Shown here: positions 10,676-18,795 of the stretch, piece after piece
Layout: each line of letters starts with the position of its first letter
Position numbering within the stretch: position 1 is the stretch's first letter
Assembly (NCBI GenBank): GCA_964458565.1
Contig: CAYWJO010000001.1
Location: 96,001-160,000, forward strand
DNA: 64,000 nucleotides
From: an uncultured archaeon
GTDB lineage: Archaea > Asgardarchaeota > Thorarchaeia > Thorarchaeales > Thorarchaeaceae
Direction: 5' to 3'
The notes under the pieces: model-generated
What the model was told of the DNA's origin: nothing
What the model saw: the letters and a program-made list of their open reading frames with translations, nothing else
Database searches by the model: none
Program-made: the position numbers and the translations under genes

Positions 10676-11719
10676 ATGTCAACCACAGAACAACCAACAT
10701 ATAGATCGTACTTACTTAGATTAAGGAATCTTGCAAAGATTGCACTTGGGAAGTATGGAATAACTCAAGCTAAATTGAAGTTGAAGACTCCAGGAGGTAA
10801 TGGACTCTACCAGGTCACAATTTCTTCCAATAAATCAAAATCAAATATTCATCCAGGACGATATGCACTCAGATTGCACCAACCAGGATACATGAAGCCA
10901 GAGGCAATCATCTCAGAGATGGACTGGTTGTCATCTTTACGTGAGGCTGAAATAGATGTACCAAATCCTTTCAGAAATCTGAATGGTGAATGGTTGACTC
11001 TAGCAGATGGGGGATACGAGATTCCACAGGCTAGAACATGTACTCTTCTCAGTTGGACTGAAGGAAGACTGCTGATGAAGAATCATAAACCGCATCATAT
11101 GAAATCATTAGGTAGAGTGATGGGTAAGATGCATGAACAGTCCTTAAATTGGAAAAAGCCCAAGGGATTCACTCGGCCACATTGGGACTGGGAGGGTCTC
11201 TTCGGAGATGGGTTTGGTTATGGCGTTCCAGCAAAGGACGCGTGGGAAGCTATTCCACAAAAGTATCAAGGCATATTCAATGATACTTTAAGGCTTGTTC
11301 AGGAAGCCAGCCAAGAGCTAGGCAAGGGCAAAAGTGTGTATGGGTTGATTCATGCAGACCTAGGCGTAGATGGCAATGTAGCATTTCATGCAGGAAAAGC
11401 ACGACCATTTGACTTCGATGACTGTGGTTTTGGCTACTGGATGTTCGATTTGGGCGTAGCTTTGGCACATTACTTAAGTGATTGTGAGGGTAGTTCACCC
11501 AAAATGCTGGATTCATTGATTGAGGGATATCAGGAAACTAGTCCATTACCAGAATCAAACCTAGAGACTCTTGATCTCTTCATAGCTGCACGATATGCTC
11601 AATTGATATACTTCTGGCAGGCAAGCTCACTAGTACATCCTCAGCATCGTGTAGAGGCGATGAGAGAGGTCAATCATTATGGGAAGTATTTGAAGCGCAT
11701 TCTCAAGAAACTATCATGA
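10676..11719 (+). CDS. Aminoglycoside phosphotransferase / type II homoserine kinase family protein
   Basis: YALRLH, GLIHADL...N, FDFDDCGFG..MFDLG motifs. Confidence 0.88.
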   Translation: MSTTEQPTYRSYLLRLRNLAKIALGKYGITQAKLKLKTPGGNGLYQVTISSNKSKSNIHPGRYALRLHQPGYMKPEAIISEMDWLSSLREAEIDVPNPFRNLNGEWLTLADGGYEIPQARTCTLLSWTEGRLLMKNHKPHHMKSLGRVMGKMHEQSLNWKKPKGFTRPHWDWEGLFGDGFGYGVPAKDAWEAIPQKYQGIFNDTLRLVQEASQELGKGKSVYGLIHADLGVDGNVAFHAGKARPFDFDDCGFGYWMFDLGVALAHYLSDCEGSSPKMLDSLIEGYQETSPLPESNLETLDLFIAARYAQLIYFWQASSLVHPQHRVEAMREVNHYGKYLKRILKKLS

Positions 11720-11741
11720 TCTCAGATATCGATTTTATGGA

Positions 11742-11933
11742 TTAGTTCTCGCTAAATAACGCATCCGCAATCATATAGAACCCCAAGAAACCGAGTAGTA
11801 ATCCCAGACCACCAAAATTAATCAACAATCCAAGATTCAGTGTCGGAAAACTTCCAAGAATTACAATCCCTATAAAGAGAAATGCTACTAGAATTAGTAC
11901 ACCACCTAATGAAAACTTTATATTTCTTGACAA
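11742..11933 (-). CDS. Small two-TM membrane protein
   Basis: Two hydrophobic Gly-rich helices; lies downstream of the flavoprotein gene on the same strand. Confidence 0.55.
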   Translation of the reverse strand: MSRNIKFSLGGVLILVAFLFIGIVILGSFPTLNLGLLINFGGLGLLLGFLGFYMIADALFSEN

Positions 11934-11973
11934 TATTCGAAATCCCTACAAACAATATGAACAAATATGTATT

Positions 11974-12693
11974 TTAAGTATTTGAAGAATCATTCTCCTG
12001 GTTTTCTCTTCTTGATGCACTATATTCATTGTGTCTGGATATAAGTTCCATCTTCATCTCATCCGAGTATATCATTTGAAGAGATTCTCGTAATTGAGTG
12101 GGTATGTTCACTCCGCTTGACATGAGAGCACCGACTTCTCGAATCGAATCTAGGAAATCAGAGAGAAATTCTTGTCCATTATCCGAATGTAAAATTTGAG
12201 ATGCAGGTAGTAGAATGAATAATGCACCGGGATATAGCTGCTTTATGATTTCGAAGTTAGACTCATCAGGAAACCCACATGTAGAGACCAATACGAGTTG
12301 TGGTATCTTTCGGAATCTATGAGGGTGCGTTGTTTCCCCCTCATGAACAGCCATTTCGGGCAGACTGAAAGAAAAGGTTCGTTCTAGAAGACGTTGAATG
12401 TAATGAGTCACATTCCGGCCATACACAGGAGTGCCTAGTACAATAATATCCGCGTTTACTATTTGTGGGAGAAGCCAGTCCATGTCATCACGATGAACAC
12501 AGCGTCCGGGTGTTGTCCACCAACAGGTGAAACAGCCCCTACAGCCATTAATATTCAAATCAACAATATGATGCTTATTCACATCTGCCCCCCCATCCTT
12601 TGCACCAGTGATAAACTGGTCCAATAATAGATTCGTCGTGCTCTTCTCTTTTCGCGGGCTACCATTGAAGACAATGACCTTCATTATGACCAA
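11974..12693 (-). CDS. Iron-sulfur flavoprotein / NADPH-dependent FMN reductase (flavodoxin-like)
   Basis: NGSPRK..ST, CRGCFTC....GRC...DDM, GTPVY. Confidence 0.88.
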   Translation of the reverse strand: MVIMKVIVFNGSPRKEKSTTNLLLDQFITGAKDGGADVNKHHIVDLNINGCRGCFTCWWTTPGRCVHRDDMDWLLPQIVNADIIVLGTPVYGRNVTHYIQRLLERTFSFSLPEMAVHEGETTHPHRFRKIPQLVLVSTCGFPDESNFEIIKQLYPGALFILLPASQILHSDNGQEFLSDFLDSIREVGALMSSGVNIPTQLRESLQMIYSDEMKMELISRHNEYSASRRENQENDSSNT

Positions 12694-12826
12694 GATTGAT
12701 TCATAATCTTCACTTTAAAGTACCTATTTCTGAGCAAAAGCTAGTTTGCGGCACAAACTGCAATGCAGTTCAAAGATTGTCTACTTCTTATATTCATTCA
12801 ATACTAGTTCAAACTCGTGATTTACA

Positions 12827-13462
12827 ATGACAAAATCTGTTATCAAACTAAATAGTCTAACAAGACATATCGATATAACAGTCCTGAGTGGAAGCCTCTT
12901 CTTAATTGGAGGTATCCAATGGTTTCTGGGCATTCTTGCTGCAGAGTCATGGTATGAAGGCTACAGTAGTCGTATCGATTATGTCAGTGAACTTGGAATA
13001 GGACCAACAGCGCTCTTATACAATCTATCTGTTTTCATAATGGGAGTGTTCGTTGTAGCTGGAGCTTTCTTTCTGTATAAGTCTCAAGAGAAACAACTTC
13101 TACCAACTCTGTTGACAATATCCGGAATCGGTGCTATGGGAGTGGGAATATTTCCAGGGTACCTACAACCAATGCACAGCATTTCTACCCTGTTGGCAAT
13201 TCTATTTGGAGCGTTTGCTGCAATTGCATCATACACTCATCAGAAGAAACCTATGTCCATCATTGCGATTGTACTTGGGTCAATGTCTTTGATATTGTCA
13301 CTTGTGTTTATTCCCTACCTAGGTCTTCCAACAGGTTCTACAGAAACTTTTCTTGGAATGGCAAAGGGATCATTGGAACGTTGGGCAATCTACCCCATAC
13401 TTGCTTGGATCATAGGCTTTGGTAGTTATCTTATTGGTTCAGCTGCCAATACTGAACAGTAG
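12827..13462 (+). CDS. DUF998-family membrane protein
   Basis: GYS....VSELG, GVGIFP...H, G.LER..YP motifs; several TM helices. Confidence 0.75.
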   Translation: MTKSVIKLNSLTRHIDITVLSGSLFLIGGIQWFLGILAAESWYEGYSSRIDYVSELGIGPTALLYNLSVFIMGVFVVAGAFFLYKSQEKQLLPTLLTISGIGAMGVGIFPGYLQPMHSISTLLAILFGAFAAIASYTHQKKPMSIIAIVLGSMSLILSLVFIPYLGLPTGSTETFLGMAKGSLERWAIYPILAWIIGFGSYLIGSAANTEQ

Positions 13463-13503
13463 AATCCATAAACCGATTTTAATGAAAAATGAGAGTTAGA
13501 AGG

Positions 13504-13520
13504 GGAGTCTTGCTGACTCC
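13504..13520. terminator. Hairpin GGAGTC-N5-GACTCC between convergent genes (3' end of actin mRNA)
   Basis: 6-bp inverted repeat about 20 nt past the true actin stop codon. Confidence 0.5.
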
Positions 13521-13541
13521 ACCTTCATAAACTAGTCCTGC

Positions 13542-14711
13542 TTAGATGCACCGGTGTATAACTTCAGGTCCTGCTTCTTCGAACTCTTTCCTTGAGACCC
13601 ACATTTACCAGGCTACAACGGGAATCGCTGCAGCATTCTGGAAGGTCTTCAAGGATGCGAGTATTGAGCCACCAATCCAAACTGAGTACTGTCTCTCAGG
13701 AGGAGCGATGATTCGGACTTCAACATTCTCAGGTACAAGTTCGGTAATCTCCTTATGGAGTCGTTCCTTGAGTCCTGGGAACATGGTTGAACCACCAGAA
13801 AGTACGATGTTTGCGTATAGGTCACGTCGCAAGTCAACGTCACAGTCCTTGATAGCCTCGACAATATGCTCATCGAGTGGCTTGGTGTCAAGTCCAATAG
13901 CACTTGGGTTGAAGAACAACTCAGGTCCTGTGAACCTCTCTGCACCAACTGTGATAACGTCACCATCAGGGAGCATGTATGGCTTGTCTACACCAGCCTT
14001 GTCTGCTACTGTCCTCTCACGCTCAGGGTCGAGGGCTACGTAACAGAGTTTCTCCTTGATATCACGGACGATCTCTTTCTCTGCACCGCTTACGAATGTA
14101 TAACCTCTCTGTCTGAGAAGTCTTCGCAAGTACTCGGTGATGTCACGGCCTGCTAAGTCAATACGCTTGATTGCGTGCGTGATGGCGAAACCTTCGTACA
14201 AAGGTACGATGTGTGTGACTCCGTCACCGCTGTCAACAACCAGACCTGTGGTTCTGCCAGATGCGTACAATGATAGAACTGCCTGTGTTGCTACATATAC
14301 TGCAGGAACACCGAAATTCTCAAACATGACTGATGCCATGCGTTCTCTGTTTTCTCTAGGGTTGAATGGTGCCTCTGTTAGGAGGACTGGGTTCTCACTG
14401 GGATCTACTTTCAAGTCGTTATAGAATGTATAGCTCCAAATCTTCTCAATTGCATCCCAGTCGTCGATTACACCGTGGGTGATTGGGTAAACCAATCGAA
14501 GTACACCACGGAGGTTGATTGCTTCTTCGCCGATGTAATAGTCTCGCGTGTAGTGGTCGACGTCGGTCATGATACTCTCGTATCGTGGGTAACCGATGAG
14601 TGTTGGCCAAACACTTCGAGGCTGATCTTCGCCGGCGTATCCGTTTTTGCTGAGCCCAGTACCGTTATCAATAACGATGGGCTTAGCTCCAAGAAATTCG
14701 TCTTCAGCCAT
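13542..14711 (-). CDS. Asgard actin (Lokiactin-type), split gene: exon1 14711-13636, exon2 13605-13542; spliced product 379 aa
   Basis: [79 protein letters not shown]. The actin C-terminus [20 protein letters not shown] continues in frame after a 30-nt insert. Confidence 0.97.
13606..13635 (-). other. Putative 30-nt bulge-helix-bulge (EndA-type) intron in actin mRNA, creating an in-frame UAA in the unspliced RNA
   Basis: mRNA CCAG-AA^U-GCUGCAGCG-AUUCC-CGUUGUAGC-CUGG-UA^A: 4-bp central helix CCAG/CUGG, two 3-nt bulges, 9-bp intron hairpin, outer exon pairing AGACCU/GGGUCU. Removal restores the frame. Confidence 0.88.
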
Positions 14712-14818
14712 TTTATTTCGGTCCTCTTTTTATTCAATCAGTTCTTGTGCAAAAGTTGTGCAGCAAGACAATTGCAGCGAGTATGAGAACTCTATGCTAA
14801 GGTACAGTTCCTTCCGTT

Positions 14819-14830
14819 GCTATTTAAGGC
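14819..14830 (-). promoter_or_regulatory. Probable TATA box of actin promoter (CCTTAAATA on - strand)
   Basis: TTAAATA preceded by an A-rich BRE-like stretch, about 110 nt upstream of the ATG. Confidence 0.45.
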
Positions 14831-14860
14831 TTGTTTGGATTGTATTCGAATTTCTTAGAA

Positions 14861-14989
14861 ATATATAATACCTATGTATGTTTTATATAATAAAACCTAC
14901 CGCAAATGGCACAAAATTAACCTCAGAAGCAATTTTGGAAGGTATATTTTGTGTAATAGTATTTCATGCTATACATAGGAATTATATAT
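14861..14989. repeat. 19-bp inverted repeat pair (18/19 identity) enclosing nested palindromes
   Basis: ATATATAATACCTATGTAT (14861-14879) vs ATACATAGGAATTATATAT (14971-14989); inner GTTTTAT-ata-ATAAAAC and CACAAAAT...ATTTTGTG. Confidence 0.75.
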
Positions 14990-14998
14990 ATATAATAT

Positions 14999-15820
14999 AT
15001 GTATCTTAAGAAATTGATTGAGATGTTTTGGCGAACTACAGATGAAATGATTAGAGAGGAAATCGAATCAGTCCGAGCGAGACGTGTAATACTAGACCAA
15101 TTGGAGGGAGGTCCAAAGACAGGTAGTGAATTACGGGATAGTATAAGGAAGGATATGGCTGCACAAACTGTCAGGACAAAAGGAAAGAAGAAACTTAATC
15201 CTAAAGACTTCAAGGTAACAGATCCAAAACTCTACTTCAATACAAAGCATCTTGAAGGACAGGGGATTATTGCTAGTGCTAAGGTATCACAGCAGCGAAT
15301 ATTCGAGATGAATCCAAAGGCAATACATCCGGTGCGGAGAGTTCTAAACATCACAAGACCTATCGCACTCTTCACCTCACTATCCCGTGCAGAGGAACAG
15401 AGGTATTTTGTCAGATGGTTAGCAACATCAAAAGAGATTCAACCCAAGATGCTCTTTCTGTTTATCGATCCAACGAGTCTTCGAGGGGCATCAAAGAACT
15501 TAGATAGATACGTTCCCGACGGATCCAAGAAGAAGTGGGAGAGTGAGTGGATAGATATTGATGCAGAACAAGCGGGAGAAACTGGAACTGCAGGAGAGGG
15601 AAACATAAAGGGTACTTACCATCAAATAGAGCAAGTTCTTCTAGAAAAAATTGATGATTATACAGTAATCGTGGACCTCACTCAAGGAGTCACTACTATC
15701 CTAGCCGCACTCTCTCTCGTAGCAATTGATTATTCTCTGCAAGCCATTCATGTACTGCGTCCAAGAGGAGATGATGCAGTAGTATCATGGATATATCCGA
15801 GAGGATGGAGTGATAGATGA
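14999..15820 (+). CDS. Winged-helix + CARF-like domain putative transcriptional regulator
   Basis: N-terminal RRVILDQL..GPKTGSEL ... LYFNTKHLEGQGII wHTH; C-terminal 'VIVDLTQGVTTILAALSLVA....AIHV' resembles the CARF D-x-T-G-G motif. True start may be 15048. Confidence 0.6.
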   Translation: MYLKKLIEMFWRTTDEMIREEIESVRARRVILDQLEGGPKTGSELRDSIRKDMAAQTVRTKGKKKLNPKDFKVTDPKLYFNTKHLEGQGIIASAKVSQQRIFEMNPKAIHPVRRVLNITRPIALFTSLSRAEEQRYFVRWLATSKEIQPKMLFLFIDPTSLRGASKNLDRYVPDGSKKKWESEWIDIDAEQAGETGTAGEGNIKGTYHQIEQVLLEKIDDYTVIVDLTQGVTTILAALSLVAIDYSLQAIHVLRPRGDDAVVSWIYPRGWSDR

Positions 15821-16500
15821 GTCAAATCGCAAAGAAACTTGCTCTTGATGAAGTTGACATTGAAGACAATGTGTTCCTACTTACTGATGTTCTTAAACGA
15901 GATTTGAATGCAATCCCAAAAAAGAACTCAAGAACAATAAGACGGGTTAAAAGATGGTTAGAGCAATTGGAGTATATATCAACAGCACTCAAAGGAATAT
16001 CAGATAATCTTAAGCCAAGATTGGAGATGGAACTTGATTGTATCTTTCCAGATAGTGAATTGCTTCACATTGTGATGTTTCAGCCTAGTACCAGAAATCT
16101 CTTCATGGAGTTGCGGATATACTTCCAAAACAACGAAACACTCCCAATTCAAATCGAAGATTTTGAAAATCTGGAAGCAATAAGTGATATGGGGAGTGTT
16201 ATTGCCATGTTGGGGGATGCAGCTATATCGATTGCTATACTCCATCATCTCTGGCGTAATCGGACTTCGGATGCAGGGGAAATCACTCAGAAGAGAGCTA
16301 ATTTGGTCAGCAATGAAAACATGGCTCGATTGTGTGATAGATGGGGACTCTACAAAGCAAGGATACACTTTGATCCACCCACAAAGACAAAATCAGAAAT
16401 GGAGCACATCAAAGGTACATTGTTGGAGGCCATCTATGGAATCATCTACATCAATGAAGGTTTTGAAAAGATTATAAAAACGGTTCAACTCTTGAAGTGA
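15817..16500 (+). CDS. RNase III-domain protein without dsRBD (Mini-III-like)
   Basis: IAMLGDAAI ... GEITQKRANLVSNENMARL ... GTLLEAIYGIIY; start overlaps the upstream stop (ATGA). Confidence 0.8.
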   Translation: MSQIAKKLALDEVDIEDNVFLLTDVLKRDLNAIPKKNSRTIRRVKRWLEQLEYISTALKGISDNLKPRLEMELDCIFPDSELLHIVMFQPSTRNLFMELRIYFQNNETLPIQIEDFENLEAISDMGSVIAMLGDAAISIAILHHLWRNRTSDAGEITQKRANLVSNENMARLCDRWGLYKARIHFDPPTKTKSEMEHIKGTLLEAIYGIIYINEGFEKIIKTVQLLK

Positions 16501-18021
16501 CTAATATTCGGTGAGGTCGTAATCATCTTCTCGATAACTTGGTTTTTCACTACTAGGAAATAGTTTCTCAAACCGTTTTCTAACGTTGTTAGCAATTGAA
16601 GGATCGGAATAAACTCTTACTGAAGGAATGCTCTTCTGTTGTTGTTTTAGTAATTGCATAAGCGGTTTTCCTTCCTCAGTTTCACTTAGCTGAACCATAT
16701 CAAATCCGGTTTCACCCCCCGCAAGAACTGGTATTTTACTTAGGAAGTAAGCACCCAAAGGAGGGTCTACAATATCAATAATAACGGTACCAGGAGTTTC
16801 ATTCAATTCGAGTTCTGCTTCAATTAATCTCTCAATATCATGTTCCATTCTGGATATGCGCTCACGTACTTCGTCTTCGAATAGGGCAATGGGTCGCGCT
16901 GTCACCACTTTGAATAGATGGCGATATCGAATACGAGCTGCATAATCTCGGATGAAATCAGTTTCAGAGCGTTCCAACCAACGATATAGATCTCCATCCG
17001 TCATCCTGGTAAATAACCCGATACATTCATTTCTTGTCAAATCATCCTCCTTCATTCTGAAGTAAGTGGCTTTGGATGTAAGTGCCTCAGCGACTCTTAC
17101 TGCGTGGTGGAAATAGAGATCAGAGAACATCCAAGATCTGCTCAGGATCAGTGCTTCGAGAGAGTGCAGTGCTTTTAACATAAAGGCGCGACGATACCGT
17201 CCTGTTTCGTCTTTGATGACACGGTTTGTCATAAGAACCCGTTCTGCTGGAAATATTCCAAGTTGTACTCCACTGAAATGGGCATCACGGATTAGATAGT
17301 CTGTCTTATCTATGTCGAGAGGGCTATCGATAAAATCACTTATGAGCGACATAATGGGGTCGGTTGTTCTACGTTTCAGAATATCCACAATGTGACGCGG
17401 TTCGATATTGTGTCGCTCAAGAATATCATTCACACCACTATGAAGGATGAGGAATTCTCCCAGGTCAATGTGAGATAACCCAATGTATGACTCAAGCGCA
17501 AATTCAATGGTATGTGAAGTAGGAGGGTGACCAACATCATGAAGAAGGCATACGGCCCTGAATAATTTTTGATGATATGGATCGAGCAAATCTGATAACG
17601 ACACAAAGGTCGCTGTATCTAGGTCATCACAATAGGTAACAACCCTAATGCATTTTTGAGCGAGAAAACTTGTGCCTAAGCAGTGCTCAAAGCGTGAATG
17701 AGTTGCGCCGGGATATACGAGATGCGCAGGACCTAGTTGGCGAACATAACGAAGTCTTAACATCTCCCATGAGCTGATTAAATCAAGTTCCCAGGGGTCA
17801 AAAATAATTGCGCCGTGAACAGGGTCTTGAATTGCTTTTTGTCTAGTATGGCGTTCTGTCTGTCTTAGCATTCTTGTGTGTTCATTAATTGAGCCCTGAA
17901 TTTCATCCCACCGTCGTTCACGAAGTTCCTCTGTTGTTAATATCTCATGCTCGCGAATACCAGTAATGCGAATCATATTGATTAGGTCAAGTGGATCATT
18001 ATCGAACAAAGACTCAAACAT
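16501..18021 (-). CDS. HD-domain dNTP triphosphohydrolase (SAMHD1/YwfO-like)
   Basis: IQDPVHG, RLRYVRQLG...VYPGATHSRFEH.LG, LLHDVGHPP.SH..E, LDIDKTDYLIRD. Confidence 0.9.
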   Translation of the reverse strand: MFESLFDNDPLDLINMIRITGIREHEILTTEELRERRWDEIQGSINEHTRMLRQTERHTRQKAIQDPVHGAIIFDPWELDLISSWEMLRLRYVRQLGPAHLVYPGATHSRFEHCLGTSFLAQKCIRVVTYCDDLDTATFVSLSDLLDPYHQKLFRAVCLLHDVGHPPTSHTIEFALESYIGLSHIDLGEFLILHSGVNDILERHNIEPRHIVDILKRRTTDPIMSLISDFIDSPLDIDKTDYLIRDAHFSGVQLGIFPAERVLMTNRVIKDETGRYRRAFMLKALHSLEALILSRSWMFSDLYFHHAVRVAEALTSKATYFRMKEDDLTRNECIGLFTRMTDGDLYRWLERSETDFIRDYAARIRYRHLFKVVTARPIALFEDEVRERISRMEHDIERLIEAELELNETPGTVIIDIVDPPLGAYFLSKIPVLAGGETGFDMVQLSETEEGKPLMQLLKQQQKSIPSVRVYSDPSIANNVRKRFEKLFPSSEKPSYREDDYDLTEY

Positions 18022-18084
18022 CCTCTAATCCTTGATGGGCATGGATAATTGGGAAAATAGATACCTGATAAAATATGTGATGCA

Positions 18085-18795
18085 TTATTCTCTAGAGAGG
18101 TCTTTTGAAATTTTGATTTTGTCACGTGCTGCATTGTAGTAAAGGGTGTTTTCTCGTTCCATGGCATTACAATAGTCATCAGGTTTGCAGTATCCCCATC
18201 TTTGCATTGCCCTGCATGAAGGAGCACTTCGTACTTGATAAAAAGGTGGGGATATTAGGTTTATTTTCGAAAAGTAATTGGCAACGGTTTTGATATTTTT
18301 CTTCGCGTAAGCATATCTAATACAAGGAGGCGCCCTTTCGACCATATTCCATGTTACCAATTTAAAGAGCCGATACCACAATAAACATTGTTTTGCCTTA
18401 TACAGATAGTTGCACTTAGGACAGACCTTGTAATGAATTGCCACTTCACAGAGCTCATCACGTGTTTCTTGAGTCAATCCCTCCTTCTTCAGAAGATGAA
18501 ATTTGACCTCTGCAAACCATTCTGGAGTGAACGCATCAAACTCAATTACAAAAGATGTTAGTTCTTCAGCCACCTGTTCGGGTGTTGCATACCACTCCGA
18601 TTCATTTAATGTGAGTTCAGGTAGTTCAGAAGGCATTAGCGATTCAATTCCTTGTTCAACAACACATCTCTTAAGTTCATCAGTTTGGGGTGTACATGCT
18701 GGAATAACTCTTAAATTGCGGCGACATGGCAAGCATAACCTGTAGACTTCTGATTCCAAGAGGTCATCATAAATGGTGCAATTCAATATTATCAC
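18085..18795 (-). CDS. Cys-rich protein with primase large subunit (PriL) C-terminal Fe-S-like domain
   Basis: PPCI ... YQV..APSC..MQRWGYC....YC ... LYY pattern; start uncertain because it overlaps the divergent gene. Confidence 0.55.
   Translation of the reverse strand: MIILNCTIYDDLLESEVYRLCLPCRRNLRVIPACTPQTDELKRCVVEQGIESLMPSELPELTLNESEWYATPEQVAEELTSFVIEFDAFTPEWFAEVKFHLLKKEGLTQETRDELCEVAIHYKVCPKCNYLYKAKQCLLWYRLFKLVTWNMVERAPPCIRYAYAKKNIKTVANYFSKINLISPPFYQVRSAPSCRAMQRWGYCKPDDYCNAMERENTLYYNAARDKIKISKDLSRE

Noticed and set aside
13606-13635. Spliceosomal (GT-AG) intron or selenocysteine/pyrrolysine readthrough in actin
   Set aside because: No 30-nt register gives GT...AG ends; the stop is UAA, not UGA/UAG; readthrough would leave a 10-residue insert in a conserved region
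13605-14711. Actin as a truncated pseudogene or a natural 368-aa variant
   Set aside because: The missing C-terminus is intact and in frame right after the stop, the rest of the gene is undegraded, and the insert has precise BHB geometry
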